DNA from: Pavona decussata
Taxonomy: Eukaryota
DNA: 64,000 bases
Direction: 5' to 3'
NCBI GenBank assembly: GCA_977016875.1
Contig: CDRNST010000123.1
Coordinates: 806,001-870,000 of the forward strand
Positions within the stretch are counted from its first letter, which is position 1; each line of letters opens with the position of its first letter. A program made the translations under genes and the position numbers. Below are positions 37,701 through 50,500 of the stretch, one piece after another. A model generated the notes under the pieces. It was not told the DNA's origin. It ran no database searches and saw nothing but the letters and a program-made list of their open reading frames with translations.

Positions 37701-40700
37701 AAGCAAATTTCAGGATTTCCTTTAACTTACGTCATTAACTTAGCTGTCACACTTACATCTCACAGAACACTTGAACCTTTTGCCTTTGCATTTTCTTTGT
37801 GACAGGAGTTTAATTTTACGGAGAAGTTTTATGTACCTCCTGTTGTCATGGTAGCAGTCAATCACCTATACGATAACAAGAACGTGCACTCTGCTAAGCC
37901 GGAAAACAACGTCCTTAACACTTGGATCGAGGTTAGTTACTGTTGTGTTTAAGGGCCGCAGGTTGACAGTAAGTCGGACACAAAGTCACTAAGACACACT
38001 AAGGTCGCCATTATGGTTTCTATTTCAACAACACTCTGCTTAATTACATTCCCGGATGTAAACGTGTCTTTACTCGTACCCAGTACACCACAGTTACCAT
38101 TTTTACTAACAAGTAGATATGAATAGGAAAAGCTCATTCGGTATCAACCAACTTCGCATAAGCACACAACTTCAAAACTACATGTTAAACTCGGCTGCTA
38201 TTTCACTCGAGACGTACCAAGTTTCATGAAATAGAATTGTCTTCAACCTTGAAATCTTGCAGAAAATTATTACTAAGAGCATTGATCGCCATTTTACTTA
38301 TTTGAATTCATTTCTGCTCTTATCACAGGAAACAACAATTTCTTATGTTCGCGTATGCATAAAAGACTTGGCAGGAATGGACAGCCAACATGATCCGGTC
38401 ACAGTTGATTACGCAGTTATTGGAGGTAAACAAGTTGTTATACGGCCTAAATGGAAACACCTTTGAAAAAATGCACATGCTTGTATTACTTGATGTATTA
38501 AACAAAAGGGACACTCAACGATTCTTTTAAGTGAAGTAGGTCTTCAAAAGGTTTTTGTTGATGGAAATTCTGAGTTTTCTCTGCTATAAAAGTTTTCGAA
38601 CAGACAAATACAATAACGTCGTTTAGCGTGTAATAAAAGGTCAACTAAGATTTTTGGAAAGCCAAAAACAGCTCGCAAACTCCGGGGATGGGCTTCTGTT
38701 CACTGAAAGTTTGAGCTACTTAAAAGGTCAGCTCTGAGGTGAATGAATAGAAGTGTGTTTAGCTACACAAATATCAGTTTGAAAGGTAAGAAAACGCAAC
38801 CTTTGAAGGGTTTATTTACATTTTCTCGTCTGGTGCCCTTGAAACATTTAAGGCGGGAAAAATTTGCAAGTTCTGTTTTGACGTACATGCAAAACACGAA
38901 CCAGCTACAGTTGAAAAGCTTAGACAATTACTTACTGTGATGAAATGTGACATTTTAATGGTCCAATTATCCATGTTTGCTCACATGACGCCCAGTGATG
39001 TAATCTAAACCCTCGTAAAATGACAATGATTTTACGATGCGGGCTATTATCGGTTCTATCACTTTCTTTTTCCTTATTCCTTTACCTCTTAATTTATGTT
39101 ATACAGATGTTGATCCTTGCATCAATGTTTCCTGTAAGTACTTTGCCGTTTGTAAGGCATTTGGTCCCAGGGATGCGCGATGCATATGCTTGGATAATTG
39201 TCCGTCGTATGAAGAGCCTGTGTGTTCCTCTAATGGTACCACATATGACAACGTGTGTGTGTTCCAGCGAGAAATGTGCCATCTGAGAGCAAACTTTACT
39301 GTCCATCATCCGGGTGACTGTACAGGTAACATCGCTGAATTCACTCTCTTTTCATAGAGGTATTGTAACCCTTTAGTTACCAGGGTAGGGAATTTATTTC
39401 CCTTAAAAATGGAAATGCTTACAAAGACACTTGTCGTGCTCATCCTTTTCGACAGAATCTTACAAACCCATTATATTGAGATGATGCACAAAATGTACTT
39501 TGGTATAACATATGGACATTACTGGATCTGTTAAAATTGCGACGTGACGAACAGTAAAAATATTCGGAAAACAGTAAAACCTCTTCGTGTAAACTTGAAA
39601 TAGAATCGTTGTCCAAAGGACGCCCTGTTCCCCGCACAAGTCGGGTCGTAAGTCTTGATCCACAATTGGTAGACGGAATCCTCCGTGTTGGTGGAAGAAT
39701 TGATCAGGCGGAACTACCCTGGGAAGCCAAGCACCCGATCATCCTAGATCATGGACACGATGTTACACGCATGATTGTCATCCACTATCATCAAAAGCTC
39801 ATCCATGCGGGAGTAGAACATGTGTTCAATCATTTACGAGAGAAGTTTTGGATCTTACATGGACGTGCGGAGGTGAAGAATTGTACCGTGAAATGCCCGC
39901 TCTGTCATCGGCGTCGCGTGCGACCGCTGACCCAGAAGATGAGTAACTTGCCTGAAATACGACTCGGTGGAGTAAGCACACCATTTCAGCATGTGGGATT
40001 AGACTATGCCGGTCCATTCAAAGTTCGCGTTGGTCGCAACAGAGAAGAGAAGCGATATGTTTGTCTCTTTACATGCCTGCACATGCGTGCCGTTCATCTT
40101 GAAGTCACTCACAGCTTTAACACGGACTCGTGCATCATGGCACTCCGACGTTTCAAAGCCCGCCGAGGAAACCCAGTACGTATCCTGAGTGATAATGGCA
40201 CGAATTTTGTGGGTGCTGAACGTGAGCTACGTGAGGCCCTAGCCGAGTTTGACCAAGAGCAAATCCAGGATGAACTCAGTGCCCGCGGAGTCCAATGGAG
40301 TTTCAACCCACCTGCCGCGCCATGGCTTGGAGGAGCGTGGGAGTCTCTGATCAAGTCCACCAAGCGAGCGATGAAAGTGATGCTAGGGAACGTGCTTACG
40401 GTAGATGAAACCTTTCTCACCGTAGTCGCTGAAGTTGAATCTCTCCTCAATTCCCGTCCGCTTGTGTATGGTGGTAGCAGTATGTCGCCGTCTGATCTCA
40501 GTGCTCTAACGCCGAACCACTTCCTGCACGGTCGCGCAAGCGTGAATGCTTCACCGGGTGAATTTGTCCAGCGGGACATGTCGTTACGTCGGAGATGGAG
40601 ACACAGTCAATTCCTGGCGGATCAATTTTGGCGTCGTTGGAGACGAGAATATGTGCCTCACCTCATTGAGCGCAGTAAGTGGCCTAACATACAACGGAAC

Positions 40701-41550
40701 CTTCGCCGGGGAGATCTCGTTCTTGTCGTCGATGACAATGTACCCAGAGGGCATTGGCGCTTGGGGCGAGTAATGGCACCAATCGCCAGTGCAGATGGCC
40801 TCATCAGATCAGCAGAGTCAGGAACGTGTGTCCGTCCTGTTGGAAAGCTGGCCCTACTAGAAGCGCACCATGAGGAGGACAAAGAGTGACGTTACCCCCC
40901 GGTTCACGTCACGGGCGGGGGTGTTTTGGACAATTCGTTCTTGTTTTGCTGACATTGACATTTCTGTCTTTTTACTCTTTATTGTTGTATTTTTACATGT
41001 TAGCCGCGCGCGCTCTTAGCCTTGCGCCTCGCGAGGACTGGACATTAATTAATTTAAGTCGCGCGTTCCGCGCGCAAGATGGCGTGTGGAGTGGCGTAAA
41101 CAGGTTTTGAGTTTTTTTGCTTTTCGCCTCAAAGACAGTGTTTTCTTGTCGCTGGAAAAACAGTGTTTTGTACTTACAGTCTTGTCGGAAGCGATTGCCA
41201 TTAAAGCCAAGAAATCGTCAAAAACAATGTCAGCAAAACAAGAACGAATTGTCCAAAACAACTGAACTACAGAAAGCTCTAAGATTAAGTGGCTATATAT
41301 GGCTACTGGTTGTGCAAAGGGATAATCAATTGCAAGCAATTAAAAGTTGATAGTAACAGTTACACGGAACTAAAGAAAAAAAATCAACGACTATACAAAC
41401 TACAGCTTCTAACGAATGTCATAATGAGAATCGACATAAGAAGCGTGAACTTCCAAACAGTGTATTTAAGGACGGTGTCCACTAATACCGAAACATTTTT
41501 GCGCGGTTTATGACTATGCGGGAAAAGTAGATCTTTGCAAGGGCTATTGG

Positions 41551-41582
<32 letters not shown>

Positions 41583-44500
41583 TTTTTAGTTAAAAAATAA
41601 TTAAGCCACAATTATTCTAAAAAGCCGTAAAATACAAAGCAGTGTATGGCATTATTTTTCCAAATTGAAGCTTTATTATCTCTTAAATGGTTACCACCCA
41701 ATTTTCATTTTTAATACCAAGAGCACTTGCTAAGTTCTGCTTTCTCCGCATTGCTTTAAACCGCGCAAAAATACCCCTGTATTAGCAAGTACCACCCAAA
41801 GGAAACCCGAGTATCTCCAGATGCGCAGAATGTATGTGCAGTAACAAAAGTAGGCAACGTCCTTAAACGACAGCTATACCACAACAAAATGAAGATGTGA
41901 AGTAATATGAAGATTTGTACAGAATTTGCTGTATTTACTTGAATCATTATAAACTGTTTCACACTAATGAATCTGACAGCAATCTTTAGGCGCATAACCC
42001 TGGTGAAGCTCAAGCAAAGTATGGCAACTTGACCCTCAATACCTATGGCAACAGTATTGTAGTCCTATTATGAGAAAGAATTGAGTTAATGTTGTTAAAT
42101 TATTTCCAGGATTTCCGTCGCAAAAGGGCCGGCATCGCCTCCGCCACAATCCAGTTTGGGCTGAAGCAGTTTGTGAACAAGTTCCACTGGCTCCTTACGT
42201 CTTTTATCCTGACAAACCGGTTCACATACAGGTTTCCGTCAATCACGTGAACTTCTCAGATCCCAGATATGTCCACGAAGCTGTGGTTGCCTGGGTTGAA
42301 GAAATCTTGGAGAACAATTTTACCGTTTGTGCTACACAGGCTGGGAGAAACGAGAAGAGAAATGGGGAAACGTTTGCTACAGTTGACTGGCTTGCCTACC
42401 AGGGGGCCCATGACGGGGGAGTGTCTGGTGAAATGGACATGCCGACTTGGTGGACTGGAACGAGTTGTCGTACCGTGCCACTTCCCTCGGTAGGAGGCAA
42501 ACTTCTTTTGGTTTATTTTTGAAACTGAGTTTCAAATTTTGATCTGTTCCGGTGGTTGCAAAACAAACCTCAACACTAGCTTACTCAGAGTACTGAAAAA
42601 AAGAACTGACGTAATGGGAAAAAGTACGGTGAATTAAATCATAACTTTAGCCAAAAATCAGAGATTTTCAAGATTTGAGTTCGGTTTAGGTGAAATAAAT
42701 TTTCATTTACCGCCTTGATGTGCATAAAAACATTCACATTGCCGTTGAAATTGAGGCCATTTTTTGTTGTCCTTGATTACAGAGCAAGTTTAAGTCGACG
42801 CCCAGGGTTCTAGTGTCAGCGGAGCATGAAAGGCGTGGTGTGAAGCATGATGCATCTTCTGTGTGGTTAGAAGATATCACGAAAACGTCTTTCAAGATCT
42901 GCGTTCGAGAATTACAGAACTTTGATGGTGCTCACCAAAGTATTCATGTTGTGAGTGGTTTAAGTTGTTACTCTCTTTATAATTTCTTCAAGTTCAAACT
43001 TCGCGTCAAAACTCAGCCGAAGCCCGTTACATGAAAAACTGCACTCAATTTATCTCTTTGTTGGATGGTACAGTTGGAGGACAGTTGCTATTTGAGTTTT
43101 ACTAAAGTACGTTTTTAATGTTTTATCTTAGATCCGTATTTTCCATTTTAACACAAAAAGAAATACCGTGCTGTTTGACTTATATAGTCTTGCACTGGGT
43201 ATTGTTAGGACAGAGGATCACTCTTGCTCTTGGAAAATAGTTCTCAGAAAAGTGCCATTAACGTAATAGCAAACAATGGCTTCTTTACAGGATTGGATAG
43301 CGTTTGAAGAGCTTCATCGACCTCTGTTTAGAGAGCATGGGGCTATATACTTCTCCAATTCGAACAAGCCATCCCGAGATTTCAATTACGCTTTTTGTGA
43401 GGTAAGTAGGTCATTATTCTGCTCACGTGTTTGTTACGTTCTCCATCTACCTTTACAAACAATCACGTTTTCTTGTGCGGCTGCAGCGTCATTTTTAGGT
43501 GACCCACGCGCATCTATACATTCACGCTTGCAGTCGCGGCTGCATTTGCGCATGCACACACCCATGTCCACGCATACAAACACGCACTTACGCCTGTGCG
43601 CACTAACTTCTTTGTTTACTTTTTCATTCGCTCTTCTGTTCGTTTTTTTTTCAGATGTACTCTTGCCCGCTCATACATTCTCAACTTTTAACAGTAATCC
43701 TAACCATTCATCTCTCATTTCCTTTTTTCTCTCTCCTTCCTTCCCTTCATTCCCTCTTCCTTCCTTGCTTCCTTTTCTTCTTTTTGTTCCATCCTCCACT
43801 TTATTATAGCTTGATTAATTGGTTTGCCTGTTTATTTCATTTTTTGTTTAAAATGTTCCAAACTTGCCAAGGCCGGTTTTATTTTGAACTGTCATTCACA
43901 AGCAGTTGAAATCTCTCCTTTTTTTTTTTTTTTTTTCTAATTTAGGATGTCGTGTTTAAGAAGCATTACAATGACTCTCCCGAAGTCTTAGTGTCAGCAA
44001 ATCATTCAACAAGCGGAGGAAATCTCAATCCTTTGTACAACTCCATTTCAGCATGGGTTGAGGTAAGATATTACTTTTCTTTTTTGTCAACATGTATCTA
44101 GGAAATGACAGGGTCCCAAAGGGGGGGTCCCCGGAGCCCTGGAGCCCTGAAATTTCTGCTGTGGAGCCCGGAGCCCTATCATTATACTGACTGGAGCGCT
44201 GATCCTTTTTTGGGTGTGGAGCCCGGAGCCCAAAGACATTTTTCGCGGAGCCCGGAGCCCAGCATTTTCAAGTTTGATCATTCGAGTCCCCAGATTGCAT
44301 TGATTCTTGATTACTGCCTTTTGTGTTTGTTTGTGCGTGTTAACGGGCATAAAGAAAAAGAATCTGAAGAGAGGACAGTACATAATACAAGTATACGCGG
44401 TTATCTCAGTTTACAATGATATGCAACAACTTATTTAGGAATTTAAAGAAAACTTTGTTATAATCGTAGTGAGCGCGATAAAAATAACTTTATAGTAACG

Positions 44501-47500
44501 GGCCGTTCCTTTGGCAGTTTGCTCGCAGGTATCAGTTACAACAAATTAAAAAAAAAAAAAAAACTTGACAGATTATTTTGAAGATACAAATAATAATTGA
44601 TAAAGATTAATAGATTTCAATGCTTACCCAGTCCTTAATAGATTATATTGTTTACTGTTCATCTGATTCATGGCCCTTTCCATCCTGACTTTCGGGTCTT
44701 CAGCCAGCAAGGTGCATAGACGAAATGATGGTTAAATGGTTAAACCTAACACCAAATCCGCCTCGAATCCCAGTGTTTTATACCCTCACAAAAATTCAAA
44801 AACCGGCATTAGTCGGAAGACCTATCATATCTGGGTGTGATGGCCCAACAGAACGCCTATCATCATTCGTAGACAAACTACTTCAGCCAATAGCACAAAT
44901 ACAGGACTCGTACCTTAAAGATACGACACATTTCATAAGGTTTATTGAAAGCACTAGGGTGCCTAGAAACGCTTTTCTAGTCTCAATGGATGTCACTAGC
45001 CTTTACACGAATATCCCACAGGAGGAAGGAATCACTATAGTATGCAACGCATACGAGAACTTTCATGCCAATAACCCTCCTATAGCTGCAAATTTCCTGA
45101 GAGAAATGCTCAGCCTAATACTGAAGGAGAACTCCTTCCAATTTAACGGGAAAGACTATCTCCAAACACACGGAACTGCCATGGGCACTAAAATGGCAGT
45201 AGCTTTTGTCAACATCTTTATGGCATCTATAGAAAAGGAGATCTTAAGGCAGAGCGTTAGCAAATCACTAACGTGGAAAAGGTTTATTGACGATGTATTT
45301 TGCTTGTGGGCTACAATACAAACAAAGAAGAAATAGAACATTTCATTGAGCAAGCAAATTTGCACCACCCTACCATAAAGTTTGCCGCTGAAGTCTCACA
45401 ATTAGAAACAACATTCTTGGATACAACAGTCTATAAGAAAGAGAGATTCGAGAAAGAATCGATTCTCGACATGCGCACACATTACAAACCTACTGAAACA
45501 TTTCAGTACACAAACTACAAACTAACACCCAGCAGGCGTCAAAAAAGGCTTCGTTAAAGGAGAATCCCTTAGGCCACGCTGAGGACAAACTCTTCTAAAG
45601 TAGTGTTTGAGGAAACATTAAAAAATTTAAAACACGCCTGGCATCGAGAGGTTATCCTAGTAACCTGATGGACAAAATCCTCTCCGAAGTTAACTTCGCA
45701 GAAAGAAAGAATGCTCTTACACACAGAAAGCGCACAAGAAAATCTGATTCTACCCTTCGTGACACAATTTCAACCATCACTGCCACGTTTGAAAAATATT
45801 CTAATGGAAAAATGGCATTTAATACAAAACCAGCCGCTACTAAGAGAGATATACAAGGACCCTCCCTTGATGTCTTATAGAAAAGGGAAGTCGCTTAAAG
45901 ACATGCTTGTTAAAGCAAAACTATAAAGGCTTTTATCAACACAATGGGCACACAGCGGAGTTGTCAGCCCCATTTAAACAAGTTTAATATTTAATCCACT
46001 TTTAAATAGTAGGAGGTAATATAACTGGCTGCTTGGGTTTAAAAAATTGATCGGAATAGCTGACTTTTTTATTTGCGAATTCGATTTAGCGCTAAAAATA
46101 GAATTTTTACATATCACAATTGTAGACCAGAGTGGAGCCCGGAGCCCTAAAGCGTATGATGTGGAGCCCTAGAGCCCTGAAATTTTCGCCTTGGAGCCCT
46201 GGAGCCCTGCATTTTTAAGGCCGGAGCCCTGGAGCCCTAAACCCCTTTGGGACCCTGAAATGAAAACTTTCTGGGAGTGATATCAAACGGCAGCATTTGA
46301 AAGTCAATCTTAGCTTCATTTGTGTTTTGTAGTTAACGTAGAAAGATGTGAAGATACAGTGTAGAGTAATCGTTAATAGCATGTAACTGCGAGGAGATCC
46401 TTGGTTTGAGGATTGATCCTAGCTCGCTGAACGGGTGAGGGTATTATAGAGGCGAGAAAGGCCTTGCGATGAACTGACTTCCTATATAGGGACGTATAGT
46501 TATTCTTTAGTGACTTCACACCAAGAAAACGGAAGATCAGCTTTGTGCAACTACAGGAACAGCTAGACGTACTCTTTAGTTGTACAGGGGAGCATCCTTA
46601 ATGCGACCACTTTCTGGACGTAAACGGATGTGAACGTAATAACGGGGTGGTCGGATTAATGAGGTTGTAAATCTAAGGGAATGACTGGACTTTTGATTCG
46701 TTCGGGGCACAAACAAGTGGTCGATCGCAATAACGAGGTGGTCGTATTATCTAGGGGGTTCTACTGTATTTCCTTCATTTCCACTGTGGTATTTGCATAT
46801 TATTAATTTCTAAAGCATTTTATTCTTTGTATCTTTGCAGTACATAAACAAGACGGGCTTTAGAGCCTGTGTGAAGGAACTATTTGTACAACAACATGAT
46901 CCTCTGTCAGTGTCTTACGCAGTTTTGCCAGGTAGGGCGTTAGCTTTAGCTAATGTTATAGCGCAGAAATTCTTGAAGTGACTGAAAATCGATGTAATTT
47001 CTCACATTATGGAAATGTGACCTTTCCTTGTGGAGAAATTTTTATATATGATTGCAGACGTGAAATTTTATTCCACCTTGCCAAACTTTAGTCTACCAAA
47101 GCTACTGCGTACAAGGCAAGCCAAATTATGGGTCGCCTCAGAATCCTCACAAACGTGTTGTCGGGTTGGTTGGTTTGTTTGTTTTTTTTTTTTTTTCGTC
47201 AAACAGCCTTTTCAGTAGCGTTGGACTTCATTTTCAAATTAAGGGAACATTACAGTAACGACAGCAACATCATCGTTTTATTTCCCAAAGACGTCTGTGA
47301 ACCCGGTTGGAGTTTCTACAATGGCTCCTGTTACTTCACCAGTGAAACATGCGAGACTTGGTCCAATGCAAGTATAACCTGCAGAGCCATGGGTGCAAAT
47401 CTGGCTGCTATTGAAAGCCAGGAAGAAAACGTGTATATCCAGCACAGGCATAACGGTGACAAAGCGTGGATTGGTTTAAATGACATTGCCACCGAAGGAT

Positions 47501-50500
47501 TATTCAGCTGGGTGGATGGATGTCCAGATAAATTTCGCTACTGGGCTCAAAACCAACCAAACGACTTTAGCGGGGAGGACTGCGTCCACACCCTGGGGGC
47601 AGGGCATGGATACATGTGGAATGACGTGGATTGTTCTGCCTGTCATCAGTACTCGTGCAAAAAAGGTAAATGAACCAACCGTGGCCATTGGCTTTGCTAC
47701 CTGAGTTTTTTGACGCACATTTAGGACGCCGCAAATGTAGTTAACGTCTCAGCAATAAGAATGCGAACTTCATGAGAAGGGCATAGTAACTTTGAAGAAT
47801 AGTATGGTAAATTATGCGACGGTTTTACCGGGAATAAATTTTACCGGGGCGATTTTCTTGTTTTTCCTTAAAGGTCACAGATTCATTTCTTGGTGTACCT
47901 TAATGGTACTAATAATTCAATGGTGGGGTTATCGGGGAACAACTTTTCGTGAAACCTACTTTTTATCAAAAGTCGCAAAAATTAGAACCCGCAAGCACTG
48001 CATACCATACGGTATTTTTTAACATTTCACGTCTGGTTTCCGCGAGCAAGGAGCTCGTAAAAAAGACAGTGGATGAGGACATCTCTGGAGTCAAGTACAC
48101 TATATATATATTTGGGTGATATTTTGAAGTCTTCGGTTAATGAGCTGATTGGACCTTTGGGCTAAATTAATGCATGGTACCCGAAAAACTCTTCATTTGT
48201 TCAATGTTACAGTTATTTCGTACGATTCAAGACTAAATCAAACTGTTATTTTTAACTCTATAGTGAGCTACATTCTCCTAAGTTTTACCTCCTCCTAAGT
48301 TTTAAGAGTCCCAGTAAAACTTGATTGACTACATTTACTTTGTAGTGTTTGAAATACAAAACATTTATTTACTAGTCAAGTATAGATAGATATAGCCCGT
48401 GGTAAAATTATGATTACACAGTTCAGTGATGTTATTTTTCTAAAACTAGATTATGACGAATGCATCAGCAATCCATGTTTGAATGGTGGCACTTGTGTGA
48501 ACGGCGAAAGAAAATTCAGCTGCATCTGTCCTCGGACACATAAAGGAAGAACGTGTCAAGGTTAGTTCACTCACAAACGTTGAAACAAGAGTAAGGAAAA
48601 GTTGGGAACACGGTTTTGAACTGACAACTTCTCTTTTCGTTGTTTTAGAAGTCGAAAACTTGAAAAGATTTCATAAAATGCTGTGAGTTATTTCCTCAGC
48701 TTGAATTAGATGGTATAGTTTTGTCATCTCTGTTCGTATGTATCAGATTTCGGCCATCGTGATTCTTAGCTCAACGTACTGGCAACATTTTCCTAATCAC
48801 GCAGTACGTCATTCCAAAAAACGCCCAAGACTTAAATCAGAGGAAAATTTGAGCTAGCAAAGACAGTGAGTATTTGTCACACAGCCATTGCTAAAAACGT
48901 GTTTATGCCGACAGCGGCGCCTATATATAACCTTCGCGCACGAGAGACTGAAATGGGTATAATTGCGGTCATGCACGAGGCCAGGATTCACTGAATCACG
49001 GATCATTTGTTGGGTTAATTTGGCCACTCACGCGGTGTTTATTTCAAACCATTTAAATGCTAAGGTATCAAATTAATCAAGTAAACATTGCTTTTTGTAA
49101 ACTTATAGTATTTGTTTCAGTGAATTAAGTTGGGGCAAAAAATAGCCCAATAAGAGGTAGCAAGAGCAGAGGAGGAGTCAAGGGGATGGTGGAGAGCCGA
49201 ATAAAGAAAAGTAACGTAAGCTTTGAAAGCTTAACAGCTATCACGATCGGCGTTGGCAGAAAAAAGAGGCGAGAGATTGCTGAGCTCGCGAATTTATAGC
49301 TCGCTCTGCGTGTGGCGTCGAGCCTGCTATCGTTAATATCTTGGCTAACAACCTTTGAAGCCATTTACGCGAACCTAGTTTAATGGCCTTAGCTCACACT
49401 AGTCTCCAGTAGCTCAGTCGTGGAGCATTCGTACTAGTAATCGGATAGTCATAGGTTGGACTCCTTATGGGAGAACTAGGATTTCTGTTTCTGAGTATGC
49501 CTGTGCCACTAACTGAAAAATACATCTATCAATGTGTGTTGGTAGTTTCTGTTCGTTGTTTATTGTAGAGCTAGCTCCAATTGTTAATTCAAAGAGTGGC
49601 TAACTTTATACAGCTGATAAATCGCTATACTCAGCGGATAAAATGTATTAGCCGGAGTACATCTTATCCGCTCTTTGAATGGCCGGATCCTGATGCCACA
49701 TTTCCCACTCCATCCCGCGTTAGTTTCATTTACCCGGCCGAGGGCTTAATTTTCTGGACGCCATCTTGGTGAGGAATTTCTCTACAATTTACATTTTATA
49801 AAAATATAACTCTCATTCTGGATGTTTTTTTCTCGTTTCAGCGTTTGACGAATGCTCCAGCAAACCTTGTCTGAATGGAGGCACTTGTACTGATGGAAAC
49901 AATAACTACACATGCGCATGTCCTTCACCATTTTATGGAAGGCAGTGTCAAGGTGAGGGATCAATTTCGCTTAAAATCAAGAAAAAGTAGTTTTTTCTTG
50001 ACAGTTAGCTAACTTATATTTGTTAGTTTCATCAGTTTCGTTGTTGATAGACAGTTTAAGCTGGTTCATGGTCGTACAGAGCTAAAACTTTAATCGTGTT
50101 GTTTATGGTGATAACTTTTGGTAAATAAAAAAAACGTATTAAGAATTTTTCGTAGACAAGTGTAAAAGAAAAACAGGATTTCAGTGTGACCTTTAACAAA
50201 CATGACCCACAATGGCCCTCATTTTAACTTTCTTCGCTCCATTAAACTGAAGGTAGAGTCTTCGATGACATTTTTTTTACAAGTGCGAGTGACGTTTGTT
50301 GAGGTTGATTTTATTACAATCTTAACAGAAACAAACGAGTGTCAGTCCAACCCTTGTCAAAACGGTGGAACATGCGTAGATGATGTGTACAAATTTACTT
50401 GTCTGTGTCCAAATGCTTACGCAGGAACATTTTGCCAAGGTAAGACTAAGTACAATTAATTATTATCTTTGAAGACCATCACTTTTCATTGGTGTATACT

